DNA of 64,000 nucleotides from Paraspadella gotoi (Eukaryota; Animalia; Chaetognatha), in assembly GCA_051294375.1 (NCBI GenBank), contig CM119264.1, positions 7,376,103 to 7,440,102 on the forward strand. The letters are read 5' to 3'. Below the pieces are notes generated by a model, which saw nothing but the letters and a program-made list of their open reading frames with translations, did no database searches and was not told the origin of the DNA. The translations under genes were made by a program, and so were the position numbers. The first letter of the stretch is position 1. The number at the start of each line of letters is the position of its first letter. Positions 10,571 through 27,805 of the stretch are shown here, piece after piece.

Positions 10571-10838
10571 TCCATGGCTACTAAAGGGGTTATAGAAGTT
10601 ACGGATACTAAAGGGGGTTATAGAAGTTACGGATAGTCATCTTCAGCCCACTTACGCCTTATTCCCAAAGAGAAAAAAAAATGTTTCTTTTTATACTATT
10701 GCTGTAACAATCGGGAACTCGTGTTGAAAATAGAATTTAAAATTGACCAGGAATAAGTTTCTATACACTCGATCGTTGTTTACTAGGACATATTTTTTTA
10801 GCTATTCATTTCTTCTAACAAATAGCAATTAAACGGAA

Positions 10839-10978
10839 TTTTGATGCTGTGCATGTCATAAATACACGCCGTGTATTACACGGGCTAAGAAAGTTAATGT
10901 AGTCATGTCATGTCACGTCATGTCTTGTCATGTCACGAGACATACACGTGATAAGGCAGTCACTGTGGCGCAACACAT
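10839..10978 (+). repeat. Short interspersed repeat with (TGTCA)n core
   Basis: ttttgatgc.gtgcatgtcataaatacacg..gggct.agaaagtt..tagtcatgtcatgtca..atacacgtga..agtcac.g.ggcgcaacaca recurs at 27282-27409. Confidence 0.7.
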
Positions 10979-11831
10979 TTGAACTACCGTTCTTGTTTTT
11001 ATCAATCTTAATAAAACTCTTAATAAAACTCTTAATAAAACTAGATAACGGGCAATCATCAATTCACATTGATAGGCAATCTAAAAATCATTTCTACAAG
11101 ACATAAGAAATGAAAAATACGAGATCGAATCGTCTCCTATTTTTTCTATTTTTATTTCTTTGCTTCTTTTTCTTTCATTATCGACGAAACGCATTCATCC
11201 CCCTGGGGCGATTCGATTCGTTTTAATCTCCACAACAAAAGATAATTTTTTTCGATCGGTCGTTCGCTATCATTTTTAATTTAATTTCGTTCTCTTTGTT
11301 ACTGGATGTGAAAACGGTTAAAGTTATCGAAACTCGCCCGTTATTTATAATCATTATTAAGTGTCAATTATTTGGCGTTTTAGTTGCTAGCTCTCAGCAA
11401 ACAAAGTGATTTTGTTCGGTCGTGGTTGGGATGCGAGACGTTGAAAGGCTTTATTTTCCAGTTCCACGAAACTCAAAAAAATAAACAGACGAGAATTATT
11501 TTTTTAATTTTTAAGATTTCAACTTAATTCAATAACTCGCATCTTATTTATTTCTTCGTTTAAATGGTTCGTTAACTCGAGTTTCAACTCATGTCGCCCA
11601 CGCCGTTGAGTTCTACGATCGGTACTAAAACAAAACTTTAATTGATGCGCGAAAAAAAAAAAAAGAAAAAACTAAACTAATTTAAAACTCGTTTTCATTT
11701 TTATTATTTTCTAAAACAGTTCACTTTTCCAATAAAAGGTTTGGATATTTTTAGGAGGCTGCTATTTTTGAAATATTATTATTTTAAATGTGAAATTTTT
11801 GAAAATTCTTAAAACAGCGCTGGAAACCAAC

Positions 11832-15919
<4,088 letters not shown>

Positions 15920-16492
15920 ATTTTGAGACATGGCACGACATGGCACAAAGGATAGCCTCCGAGTGTAGGATTTTTGACGTGTATCACTTGTTATGATGAC
16001 TTTTTTTAAAATTCCGCTTAAATCTAACTGTAATCTTTGCGAATTGCAATTTATTCCTTGCGACTTTAATTAAAAACTAGAAATTTTGGTCGATGATTTG
16101 CCGGAATGTGGATACATGTTATTAAGCCATGTTATTAATATGTTGTTAAGCCATGTTATTAACATGTTTTTAAGCCAAAGCTGAAACAATCCGTTTTGAC
16201 CTTAAATTTTCGTTTTGGTTTGTTTAACTGTTTTTGAATTCTAAATGCTTGTTAAATCCACTGCAAAATATTATCAGGGTTTCTCATTAGATTTAGTATA
16301 TTTAAATAAAATTAGTTTATTGCTTAAATACCATTTTGTATTTCTCAGAAGGCAATGATTGATATATCAGTAACAGATGAACACCAGAAAATCGTTTTAA
16401 TTTCATTCGATCTTCATATCCTTTTCGCTTTTATTTTCTCGTTCCTTCCACTTCTTCAGGTTCAAACTTTATTCCCCCTCTTCCAATTTTTT

Positions 16493-16800
16493 ATCTTCTT
16501 CTTCTTCTTTTTCCTCGTCTTCTTCTTCTTCCTCGTCTTCTTCAACTTCCTCGTCTTTTTCTTCTTCCTCGTCTTCTTCTACTTCTACTTCCTCTTCTTC
16601 TTCTTCCTCGTCTTCTTATTCTTCCTCGTCTTCTTCTACTTCTACTTCCTCTTCTTCTTCTTCCTCTTCTTCTTCCTCCTCGTCTTCTTCTACTTCCTCT
16701 TCTTCTACTTCTTCTTCCTCATCTTCTTCCTCATCTTCTTCCTCGTCTTCTTCTTCCTCGTCTTCTTCTTCTTCCTCGTCTTCTTCTACTTCCTCTTCCG
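16493..16800. repeat. (TTC/CTC/GTC)n low-complexity tract (poly-Glu/Asp on the minus strand)
   Basis: Triplet-periodic repeat. The minus-strand acidic frame is broken by a stop at ~16616, and no splice or domain context was found. Confidence 0.7.
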
Positions 16801-16930
16801 CTCCCATTTGCACCCGATTTTCGCACATAATTTCTTCGGGTTCAAAGTTTAAGCTTCTTTTCCATTAAAAGGCGAAAAATTTGCCGAGTTTGTTGCGCCA
16901 TAAATTCGCAGCGATTATGGGATAGAAAAA

Positions 16931-17013
<83 letters not shown>

Positions 17014-17467
17014 CTAAATAGAAAGCTTACATTCCCGAAATTTCCATTCAATTGACCTTCATGGTTTGATACCATTTATCCGATTTGTCTTATCCATTTG
17101 TTCTCAGCTCTGTATCTTTGTTCCATACATTTAACTCCTGTATTCCTTACTATTCCAAAATTCCCTTCTTTTTCCGTCCCTTCTCTCATCGTCGTTCATC
17201 TCTGACGATTCTAGTGAATCAACATTCATTCCGTCTTTTTGCTTTAAATTCATCTTCTACTCCATATTCATTGTTTTCTCTTTCGTCTTCTCATTCGTTT
17301 CTCTCCTTCTTTTTTTTTCTGCTTCGTCTCTTTAACTTCGTCCGGACAGTTTTTATTGCGATAAATTGCAAAGAATTTTATGTAGGAATTTCCCGAATAC
17401 ATTAGCGGGTTCGACGACGCGAGCGACAGCGGCGGGTGCGGCTGCGACGACCGCAGCGGCGGCGGGT

Positions 17468-17510
<43 letters not shown>

Positions 17511-19750
17511 TGGCGGCGGCGGCGGCGTTTTTGAAATCAAGAGGTCGAAGAAATGGTTTATTCACCCTCTTCTTCCTTTCATTTTTTCGCATATATTTGC
17601 TATTCCATTTTTTTTTACGAGGCAGACGACCCGAGCGAGAGATAAGAAATCATGATTTCCCTACAATCGCGAAATTGTGGAGTTTTAAAATGACGAAATA
17701 TCCGATTGTCTTTTCTTTTTTCGAAAGTTGAAAATCCTTTTGATGTTTGTTGATTCGATTTATTTCATTTTCTCGTTTTTCACTTTTCTTTCGTCTCTTG
17801 GGTTAATGCCTCTACATTTTTACGAGTTACAAAAGGCGAAATTTTTTAAAAAACTTTACATTTGAATAATATCCCTACAGCTTGAACGATGATGTCTGTC
17901 ATAATATTGTCACACGACTAAAAACATTGTTTGAGCCAGAGTAATGTGTCGACAAAAAAACCAAGATTTCGAAAAAACAAACAGAGGAACGATTTGAAAA
18001 TTGAAAGGAAAGAAATTTGAAAAATGGATTAATGTCATTCGTTGATATCAGCAATGGGAACTTTTTGTGATTTCATAGTGTATGCATAGTTTTAAAAATA
18101 CAAAAAAATATATTTGTAAATATTGGGTCATTAAAACAAATTGATTCATTCTAAAAGTTTTTGAACAAAACTAAATAGCGTCTGGAAGATCAAATTTCGT
18201 TTTGCTTTGCATGNNNNNNNNNNNNNNNNNNNNNNNNNNNNNNNNNNNNNNNNNNNNNNNNNNNNNNNNNNNNNNNNNNNNNNNNNNNNNNNNNNNNNNN
18301 NNNNNNNNNNNNNNNNNNNNNNNNNNNNNNNNNNNNNNNNNNNNNNNNNNNNNNNNNNNNNNNNNNNNNNNNNNNNNNNNNNNNNNNNNNNNNNNNNNNN
18401 NNNNNNNNNNNNNNNNNNNNNNNNNNNNNNNNNNNNNNNNNNNNNNNNNNNNNNNNNNNNNNNNNNNNNNNNNNNNNNNNNNNNNNNNNNNNNNNNNNNN
18501 NNNNNNNNNNNNNNNNNNNNNNNNNNNNNNNNNNNNNNNNNNNNNNNNNNNNNNNNNNNNNNNNNNNNNNNCTCTCCCTTTTTTCAAATATTGTTTTCTG
18601 TTGTATTTATTTCATTATATCTCAAATACCTTTTTTAATCCACTTTTTTACTTAGATTCTCTCTTTATTTTTTTTTTCCTTCTTTCCTTGTCTCTGACCG
18701 GACCCTTCCTTTTCCCCCTATCACGTGACGGGGCGCGGCGCGTCGTGCGTCGCATAGCAACGCGCGCGAATCCGACGCACCCGTCGTCGTCATGGAAACT
18801 AAGTTGGGACGCGAGCGACGAAAGACGCCCTCTCTTCCGTTTTTTTTTAGTCTTCGTCGTTTTCGTCGTCGTCGTCGTCGCCATTGTTATTCGTGTCATT
18901 AACTGGTCAAGAATATTATTAGCGAAATGTAAAAAAAAACATTGAAAAAGAAGTAGGTTTTTGAATCGTCGCTTTCGTCTTCGTCTTCGTCGTCGTCGTC
19001 GTCGTTGTATTTTTCTCTTTTTATCCTTCCTCTCACTCTCTGTCTGTCTTTCTTTCTTTCCTTNNNNNNNNNNNNNNNNNNNNNNNNNNNNNNNNNNNNN
19101 NNNNNNNNNNNNNNNNNNNNNNNNNNNNNNNNNNNNNNNNNNNNNNNNNNNNNNNNNNNNNNNNNNNNNNNNNNNNNNNNNNNNNNNNNNNNNNNNNNNN
19201 NNNNNNNNNNNNNNNNNNNNNNNNNNNNNNNNNNNNNNNNNNNNNNNNNNNNNNNNNNNNNNNNNNNNNNNNNNNTTCTTTTCTTTTCTTTCCTTCCTTC
19301 CTCCCTCGGCTCCCGACATCTCCGTCTGCATCTTCGTCCTCAGTCCCATCGTTGACATTTTTCTCCCAGATTTAATCGTCGTCGCGTAAACAACATCAAC
19401 GAACAACATCAACTACATCAACAACATCATCCTTCCGTCCGCGTAAATCATTCCGGCTCTCCGCAATCGTCATCGGCGTCTCTTCGCGTCAAGACTTCAA
19501 TTGTCGCTTAATATGCAAATTCGATGAGAACCGAAGTCGCGCGTCGTCCTGAGATTGAGTCACGTGACTTGGCCGTCCTCAAGATTTGAAAAAAAAATCT
19601 AGCGTTCAGCACTTTTTCCATTTTTTTTAGTATCTATACTCTTTTCTCTTTTTCTTATTCTGATCTTCTAATTTTTTTATACCTTATCTTAATCTCATTC
19701 TTATCTTAGTTATTTATTTCGAGTANNNNNNNNNNNNNNNNNNNNNNNNN

Positions 19751-22700
19751 CCTAGCAAAGAGAATTTTATGTAGGAAATTATCCACGACCATTACAAAAT
19801 GTCAAAGCGGGTTCGGTATCGTACAGCGAGCCGATCCCTTAATGCGGCGTGCGGAGATTGCCGGCATCAGCGTAACGAAAACGACGCATTGAGAACAAAC
19901 CATGGCGAAGCGGGTGCCACCATGAGGCACGCTATTTCAAGGGTGGAGCATTGGAGCAGACTCGTATTAGTCCTTAGTGAGCGTTTGGAAAAACAAGAGA
20001 CTGTCAGAGGGTATGAAAATGTCTATTGATATCATCACACTCTCGAGCCTCCCTGTCTTCGCCTCTTCCTTTCATTTTTGTGACGACCAATACTATCGGT
20101 TGCCCGTGGTTCTTTGAATTCCAATGTCTAATTCCTATTTCGATATTTTGTTATTCCTTACGTACCGGTTTTCTTACGACGTACCCTAAGACTGTCTGAG
20201 GATATGAGAAAAATCGTGGACCCACGAGGACAGTAAGCGAGAACCGAAATCAATTCACATTCCTACACCATATAATTCCTAACAGAATCCCTAATGGACT
20301 GACCATTCTCCGATGACTTGGACGTATGTGGTCTTTAAATAAGATGTTTAAAAAGATTACTAGCTCAATACTTACATATCCGCCCATGTCCGATATGTCT
20401 TCTGTTTTTTTTTTCCCCGAGCATAGAGTAATTACTTATTAACATAGACCAGTATGAAAAATTGTCCTTATATAATAATAAGCACTCAAATAACTGCGAT
20501 TTAGACTTGAATTCGATCTTGAGATTTCTGAACATTTTACATCGATTTAACTACGAATTCTTTTCGATCTCCTTGTATAGGTGGTTATAAGCCTCGTGAC
20601 ACTCATATTCGAAACCAGAGATATTAAATGAACAAAAGGTCGGATATACGAGTATTCATTTTTTCAAATAATAAAAGCACTGTTACATTTGAATAAACTT
20701 AAAGTATCTTCGCCTCCTACTAGAACTTGTGGAACAGGATAGAATGAACATGGCAGTGTATCAGTGGGCATGTGCTATTTACTCGTAATATGATGCACAA
20801 AGACATTTTTAACAATTATAGTAATTATTAATCGCCTGTAGGCAAGAGCGTTCATCAAACTTCAAGACTCTCACAGTCTAGTATATTTAAGGACACATTG
20901 TGTTTGCGTAAGAATACCACGGCTTTTCTATCAAATGAAGTTTGGTATACCAAATGTGTTAAAGCAATTGTTCGTCAGAAATGTATCAGGGCAAATTACA
21001 ATTCTTGGGAATACTAACGTGTAACTATCGTAAGCAGTATCATATTGTAAAATTAACTCTCATTGTTTTGAGATTATCCAAATTGCATAAGATCGGATAA
21101 GCTTATTCAATTAATGAATATATAAAAATAATTCCAAAATAAAACCAATATCTATAAGAAATATTACGAGAGAACTATAACATAATTCCAATGTTATACA
21201 ACGAGTGACAATTTATCTCGACGTATGTAACCAAAAAGAATTTGAAAATTGAAAGGAAAGAATTAGCCGACCTAATTTTGAATGAAAAAAAAATGAGACC
21301 TTAATAGTCATTCGGTGTATGATATCTCAGTTTCGGTGCAATGGTGAACTTTGTTTTGTAATGATTTTATCATAGGTATAGCCATACTTCTTAAAAGATA
21401 GGACGACCTTAAAGAAACTATTACTACTGGTGGTAAAAATTGGGAATCAATTAAAGCAAATTGAGATTCATATCTTGGATTGTTGGAAGACAAAACTGAA
21501 TAGCAAGTTCTGGAGAAAGAGTACAAATCTAATATCGGTGATACTTCATAGAGAGACAATATACACTCTCGCCATAGAGCATTTGAGAAAACAACATTAA
21601 TTGATTATGGGCCATAACCTGAGAATATACAACGGAAAACACCGAAAGAGAAGCGAAATAACAAAACTGATGGAGCTTAGAGAAACGTTGAGGACCAACG
21701 AAGATGAATAGAGTTTGAGTAGCGATGTATGACGCACAGAAGAAGAAGAGAGAAGATGGATGGAGAGGGCAGGGGTAAATGGGCAAGGCACTTGCAAGAC
21801 TTCAATCTTCTACACTGTGAATCTTGATTGTCAATATAGGCAGTAGAGGAGAGAGCCGAATTGCGAAACATTGAGGAGATAGCACAAGTAAGCCAGACAC
21901 TCAGGACGAGGTTGTAAATGAGAGAAAATTAAAAATAAGTATCCTTTTAATAAAGAGGACGCGAGAAATCTCCGAGGACGAACAAATAAGTCGAGGTACG
22001 TGACTTCTTGACGAACGCTTGTGAATATGCTTCTCAGTCCCGGAGCACCAGAGCGAGAAGGAAGCGATCAGCCGTACGTCTGTACTACACGATCGCGATC
22101 ATCCTACACGTCGCATTATCGGTTAGCGACGCATCCTCATAGCTGGTTAGTTTATCTGTCAATTAGTCCGAATCATCGTAGACTCGCACTGTTTCCGTCA
22201 CCACTGGTCAGATCAGTGTGTCACAGGAGTTATCACGCATACAGATGAGGTTTTACAAATACGAATTCATCCTTGTATCATTATGTATAATAGATATGCT
22301 GTAGATCCTCAAGAGTCAGCCCTAATTAGACTCACCAAGAGAGTTCTTGGTCGTGATCATTACCTTTGAATCCCATCTGTGCGGGTTGGGACACATCTCT
22401 CATCTCATTCTGAACTCATCACAACTAGTTACTTGACTTCTCTTTCTTAGAAGACTTTGGCTCGTCTCTTGTTTTTCTCGCTTCTCTTCCATCTACGTAG
22501 CAAAAGCAAGGACTTTCAATTACCGTTTTATTCTTCTCTCCTAATCTAGCTACTCTCACTTAAGCGTCTCGCGAGCGCGGCCTCACAATCCTATCACTCG
22601 CTCTCTTTCTTCTTCTAATACTCTCTCTTTCTGTTTATCCACTGCATTGCGGAGACACATGCTAAGTTTACGAATATTTCTCTTTCTTACCTCTTTTTAT

Positions 22701-24735
22701 ATTTTCCGTTCAAATAGTCGTTTCATGATCTGTTGATAGGGAATTTTCTAGGTAACGTATAAGCTCATCAAACATAAAACCCTTTTATTTAAATCCCACT
22801 TTTTAATAAACATTTAGATAATATTGTTTATCGTTCTCCTTATATTATTTTTTAAACTGCCTTCTTTCTCTCTTGTCTTCGGTTAAACCAGTGTATCTCT
22901 CAACCACTCTTTTGTCACTCCTTTTCCCCTAATCACAGTTGATTCGGGGCGCGGCGGCGTCGTGCGTCGCATAGCACGTCGCCGCGAATAGCACTCTATC
23001 CGCGTCGCGCGCTCGTCATGGAACACTGAGAATTGGGACGGCGAGCTGATCCGAAGAGAACGTAAAGTCACCTTTTCCCGCAAAATATTCATATCCGTTT
23101 TTTTTATTTGATCTCCAGAGACTCCGTATTTTTACAGTTCGTCACATGTACTGGCGAGCGCGCCTGGATATATGAGTTAGACCGAGTAGTCCATATAATC
23201 TATTGGAGTCAAGAATAATTTATTTCAGGGCATGAGAAATGTATTAAATCCCAAAACATTGCAGCACTCAATGTAATTGTCAGGCTCATTTTGAACTCTC
23301 GTCTCTGCCTTCTCTGTGACTTCTCGTCTTCGTCGTTCCGCGTCGCGCGAGAGTCGGATGACATTTTTCTCTTTTGGATTGGCGCTCCCATCCCCAGCTC
23401 TGTTCCTTGACTTTTCGTCTATTTTCTCTCTGTCGTCTCTATCACTTTGCCTGAACTTGCTTCGTTCCATCCTATTCTCTCTCCTCTGTTCTACCCTGAC
23501 AATCTTCCTTTCGACTTTTCTTCTTCTACTCTCTGTGATTCTTTCTTTCATTCTTTGTCTTGTCTGTCTTTCTTTCCCTATTTCTCTATCTTCACGTTTC
23601 TTTTCTCTCTTTCTTTCACCCTTTCTTTAGTAAAATCTCTTTCCTAGTGCTTCACTTTCTCTATCTCTATTCTAAAATTTCTTTTCATGTTATCTGTATG
23701 TCGCGTTTTCAATATTTTACTTATCACATAATATATTTATAATTATTAAATCTTGCGCTTTTGCGTTTTAACTTTCCATTCCTTTATACTTCACCTTTTA
23801 ATTCTACACTTTATATTCTTTAGATTCTTTATACACTATTGTTGATTTCGTCTAAATTATACCCTTCTCCTCTTCTTCTCTCTCTATTCAGTAATAATTC
23901 TCATATATTCAATCTTCTTTTCCTCAGCGCACTATACGACTCCCCTGAATTCTGACACGTCATCCTATCTATATATCGTCCTCAAGTCTCCTCACTCTAG
24001 TGCCCATACTGTTCCGCAGTTACCTTTATATGTACTTTTTCCGGTTAAATACTCCCTCAAGTATTGAAATCGGAGGCACAACATATCGGATACTGTATTT
24101 TACTCCCGTCACTGCATCAAGAGTGTAGATCCTCACGAACTAAGACCCTTTCATGAACATTTGGTCAATCGACATTGGTCCAGCGACAACGGAGTATAAG
24201 GTCCGTCACGCCCAGATTTAATCGCACCGACGGAGAGAACATCAATACACAGAGATCGGTAACACTATCTCAACTATACACAACTGACATCAACAATCAC
24301 TACCATCCGCTTACCCGAGACATCCGCGTAATGCGAGTCTCCGAGGCTCTGGGAGTGCGACATCGTCATTCGGCGTCTCTTTTGTCCGCGGACAGACTTC
24401 AATTATCAGTCGCGCACGTTAATATTGCCAAGATTCGAGTGAGAAGCGGTATATATGATACGAGCGCGAGCGCTCACGACTCCGGAGATTAGACTGTGTT
24501 CATCAGCTGCACTAACGGCGCGTCCTTCAGAAGAGTTGGTGAAATAATAATCATGATCTCACACGGAGAGTCAGGACAGAACTTTCGTTTCCCTTTTTTT
24601 GGTTAAGTATCCGTAGTAGCTCTTTCTGTATCTCTTTCTTCTTATTTCATTATTCTTACACTAATTTTTATTTATTCTTATTCAAATCCTTATCTCTATT
24701 TCTATATCTTAGTTTATATTTTGATTTTCGAGTAA
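19751..24735 (+). other. Probable assembly artefact: insertion-rich raw-read copy of ~17370-19725
   Basis: Follows a 25-N gap. 19755+ matches 17368+ (gcaaag..aattttatgtagga), 22945+ matches 18730+ (gcgcggcg.cgtcgtgcgtcgcatagca), and 24300-24735 matches 19420-19725, all with dense single-base insertions. Confidence 0.8.
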
Positions 24736-25959
24736 TCTACGTTTAAGGACTTTGTTTCATAACGTTACATTTCTTTGTGTTATAGTATTAATACCTCGTT
24801 ATCCTCTTCTTGAGACGAGAGAATCGTCTTTGGTTCTCTTTCTTTCACTCAACACGTTGTTTCCTCTCAACAGAGAGTACGAGCCTCATAGAGACGAGAG
24901 TACAGAGGAGAGATGAGAGAGGCTAGACAGAGAGAGGAGAGCACGGAGAGAGGACGAGGAGACGCGGAGAGAGACGAGAGACGGAAAGAGAGAGAGAAAG
25001 GAGAGAAGAAGAGAGCAGAGAAGAAAGAAAAGAGAGAAGGAGAGTGCACGAGAGCCAGATCAGCGACTGAGAGAGTACGAGAGAGTACACGCGATGCACA
25101 GAGGAAACAGCAGAGACGAGAAGAGAGCAGAGAGAGAGAGATAGAGAGAGAGAGTCTTTCCTCTTTTTGTCACGTGAGAGTCGTTAAACTGTTTCTTTGC
25201 CTTTCTCACACTGCGAGGGATTATCTCTCTCCTCGGTCTCTCTCTCTCTCTTCTCTCTCCGATCCTCTCTCTATCTCTCTCTCATTCTCTCTTAGTCATC
25301 TCTGCATCCGTCTCTTCTCTCTCTCCATGCAATCCCTATCTCCTTTGTTTCCTAGTCCTTCCAATTCTCTGCTCTACTTCATATAAGATATTTTCCCATT
25401 AAATGGAAAAAAAAAAAAAAAAAACGGTGGAAAAAAAACTCTTATACAAAATTTTTGTCGATAACATTTTTCCTTCATTTCACATTGGTTCACTCAGATT
25501 GGTTTTTCGATTCAAACCATCTGCCCAACGAATTTTGCGATTTTTAACCTATTACCCGATTTATCAACAAATATGCGCTTCAAACTTGAGCTGTGAAGTT
25601 CTCTGGATAAAATCGGTGCGCTCACCAGATATCCAGGAATTTTTCAACATCTCTCTCTCTCTACAATAGGTCAGATACCCAACAAAATTTCAAAGCCACG
25701 ACATTCTTATATTACTAGTTATTAATTTTTGATTTTTAATTTTTTATATGAAATAAACTACTCATTAGTTAACCTCCGATCCTCGAAAAAAGGATATTAT
25801 TAACACTATTAACACTATTAGTAACAAGGGTGTTTTTCATTTTTCTCCCCATTTCATCCAAACAGATCTTTTTCAATGTTACTGATTTTTTTTAATATTG
25901 TTATTGAAATGAATGTAACGTAAAGAAATTCTATTATTGTTTGATCTCCTCTTATTGGA

Positions 25960-25996
<37 letters not shown>

Positions 25997-27035
25997 TATA
26001 TATTTGTTCTACCAATTTCATAAATAAATTCTATCAATTGTTTGATCTGGTCTTATTGGAGTGACAGCTTCCTCCCATTTACAGATTAAAATGACAGTTT
26101 TACAATTTTCCTCCTATTATTTCCTCATTACAGAGAGCTTGCAAGCTGTCACCGTTTTCAAAGGTTATCCCAAGCTTTTTATCAATCTTTACGGCTTTCT
26201 AGGGGGTTTTAATGCTCTTTATATTCTCGGCTTTCTTCTGGATTTAAGGAATTTTCACTGGTTGGCAGTGCTTACCACCGCTAAGCTCTATTCGCCTTGC
26301 CCAGCTTTCCACCGCCATCCCAAGTATTGCCCTCGCGAGGCGTCGACCAAGAAGGCAAATGAACTCGATATTTTTTTTTTATTGTCTCCTCATTTCTTTC
26401 CGATAAGTCGCCTCCTGGCTTCTCCTTCTCCTTCTTCTTCTTCTTCTTCTTCTTCTTCTTTTCTCCTTCTTCTCTTTCTCTGGTTCCTACCCCGGTTCAA
26501 TATACCTCCTTCAGCCCTTCCTCTCTTACTCCTTTGGTCGTCTTCTTTATTTTTTATCTCCTTTTTTCCTTCCTCGTACATCCTAACTTAGTTTTCACTT
26601 CCTTTTTTCCCCCCAAATACTTTATTTTTTCTTTGATCATGTTTCTTTTTTCCCTATTCTTACTTCTTTCTTGACAACTTTCCCACTTCCTACTTTCCCA
26701 TGTTATTCCCTTTATCCTTTCATTTCCTCCTCTCCATACTCATTATAATACCAAATTATCCCATTTCGATATTTCTACTCCTTTTTTCCTTCTCCATCTC
26801 TTTTTCCTTCCCTCCTTCCTCCTTTCCCTCCTTTTCCTCCCTTTTCTTCCTTTCCTCCCTTTTGATTCCATTGAATTTTCTTTCTATTTGCGTCGCCCAG
26901 AGACGCCTCAGGTGAGATGTTCACCTTTTGTTTTCATTTTCCTTTTTCTCCCTTCTCCAATATTTCTTTTTTTTTTCCTTCCTTACCTTTTTTGAGTGAT
27001 TTTCTCCATTTACCTTTCTCTATTTTTTCCCTTTT

Positions 27036-27150
27036 TTTTTAGGTGCGCCGCGAGTACTCGCGGAGCAACTTTATAAGTCACTTTTCGGTCGATCTGTCGG
27101 TCCATCGGTATGTCAATCCGTCGGTTTGTCTCCCCGTCGGTCTGTCACAC
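27036..27150 (+). mobile_element. 5' part of another HINE-like short element
   Basis: T-run, then ag + hairpin CCGCGAG-TA-CTCGCGG, then tataag and degenerate (GTCG/GTCY)n repeats. Same layout as the Helentron-derived element above. Confidence 0.4.
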
Positions 27151-27281
27151 TTTTGTTAAAAATACATATAATTTGCCTATAGTTGGTTGCTCATTTGTTA
27201 AGACAGAAAAAAAACTCAAATCTAAGGTACTGCTAGCGCCGCCTTCAGGATATCCTAAACTATAAGAAATAAAAGACGGTA

Positions 27282-27409
27282 TTTTGATGCAGTGCATGTC
27301 ATAAATACACGGGCTGAGAAAGTTTTTTAGTCATGTCATGTCATGTAAGGTCATATCATGTGATCATAGGGAAATACACGTGAAAATAAAGTCACAGCGG
27401 CGCAACACA
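27282..27409 (+). repeat. Second copy of the (TGTCA)n-core interspersed repeat
   Basis: Colinear with 10839-10978. Confidence 0.7.
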
Positions 27410-27770
27410 GTAGATGAGCCGATCTTGTTCGTTTCTGTTTTAGTTTTCAGCGAAACCTCCTTTTTCGCTTTTCCCATCGTTGCCATGGGTTGGATTCATT
27501 TAAAGAAGTTTAAAGATTCCTGATGCTGATCGATCCATCTGCTAAGCTTTTTTTTTGTAAAGAAGACCGATTGTTGAACTTGCTTAACTAATGTCTGTAG
27601 TCTTTGCCAAATTATTTGTTATTTTCTGGTCTGCCCCTCCCGTGGCCAGCAATGACTTCGGCATAAAGACTGATTGATGGTAAACACTAAACAAGACTTC
27701 CCTGTTTATCTTATTTAGCGAAAAAAAAGTAGTCTGGAACTCTGATGGTCTTTTTACCTACGAGTCCATT

Positions 27771-27805
<35 letters not shown>

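Larger units (their letters stand above)
9957..10667 (+). mobile_element. Non-coding LTR mini-retroelement (TRIM-like / candidate LTR retrozyme), family 1
   Basis: LTR1 9957-10238 (TGTAG...CCACA, 282 bp); PBS-like TGGTGAGCCCA 1 nt after LTR1; 121-bp internal region; PPT-like GGGGGG 2 nt before LTR2; LTR2 10360-~10667 with a ~28-bp internal duplication and a degraded end. LTR ends are defined independently by the solo copy at 29591-29875. No TSD seen here. Confidence 0.85.

Noticed and set aside
10004-10636. ORFs 10004-10372, 10230-10442, 10448-10636 (and 29604-29786) as proteins
   Set aside because: They lie within the LTRs, frames are not preserved between copies, and there are no gag/pol motifs.
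16355-17731. Poly-Glu, poly-Pro and poly-Ala ORFs as a transcription-factor-like gene
   Set aside because: Frames derive from (GAA)n and (GCG)n repeats, are interrupted by stops, and have no domain or consistent splice sites. A real gene cannot be excluded.
19751-25390. Apparent diverged segmental duplication and its ORFs
   Set aside because: Differences from 17370-19725 are mostly scattered insertions and the block abuts a 25-N gap, the pattern of raw long-read gap filling.
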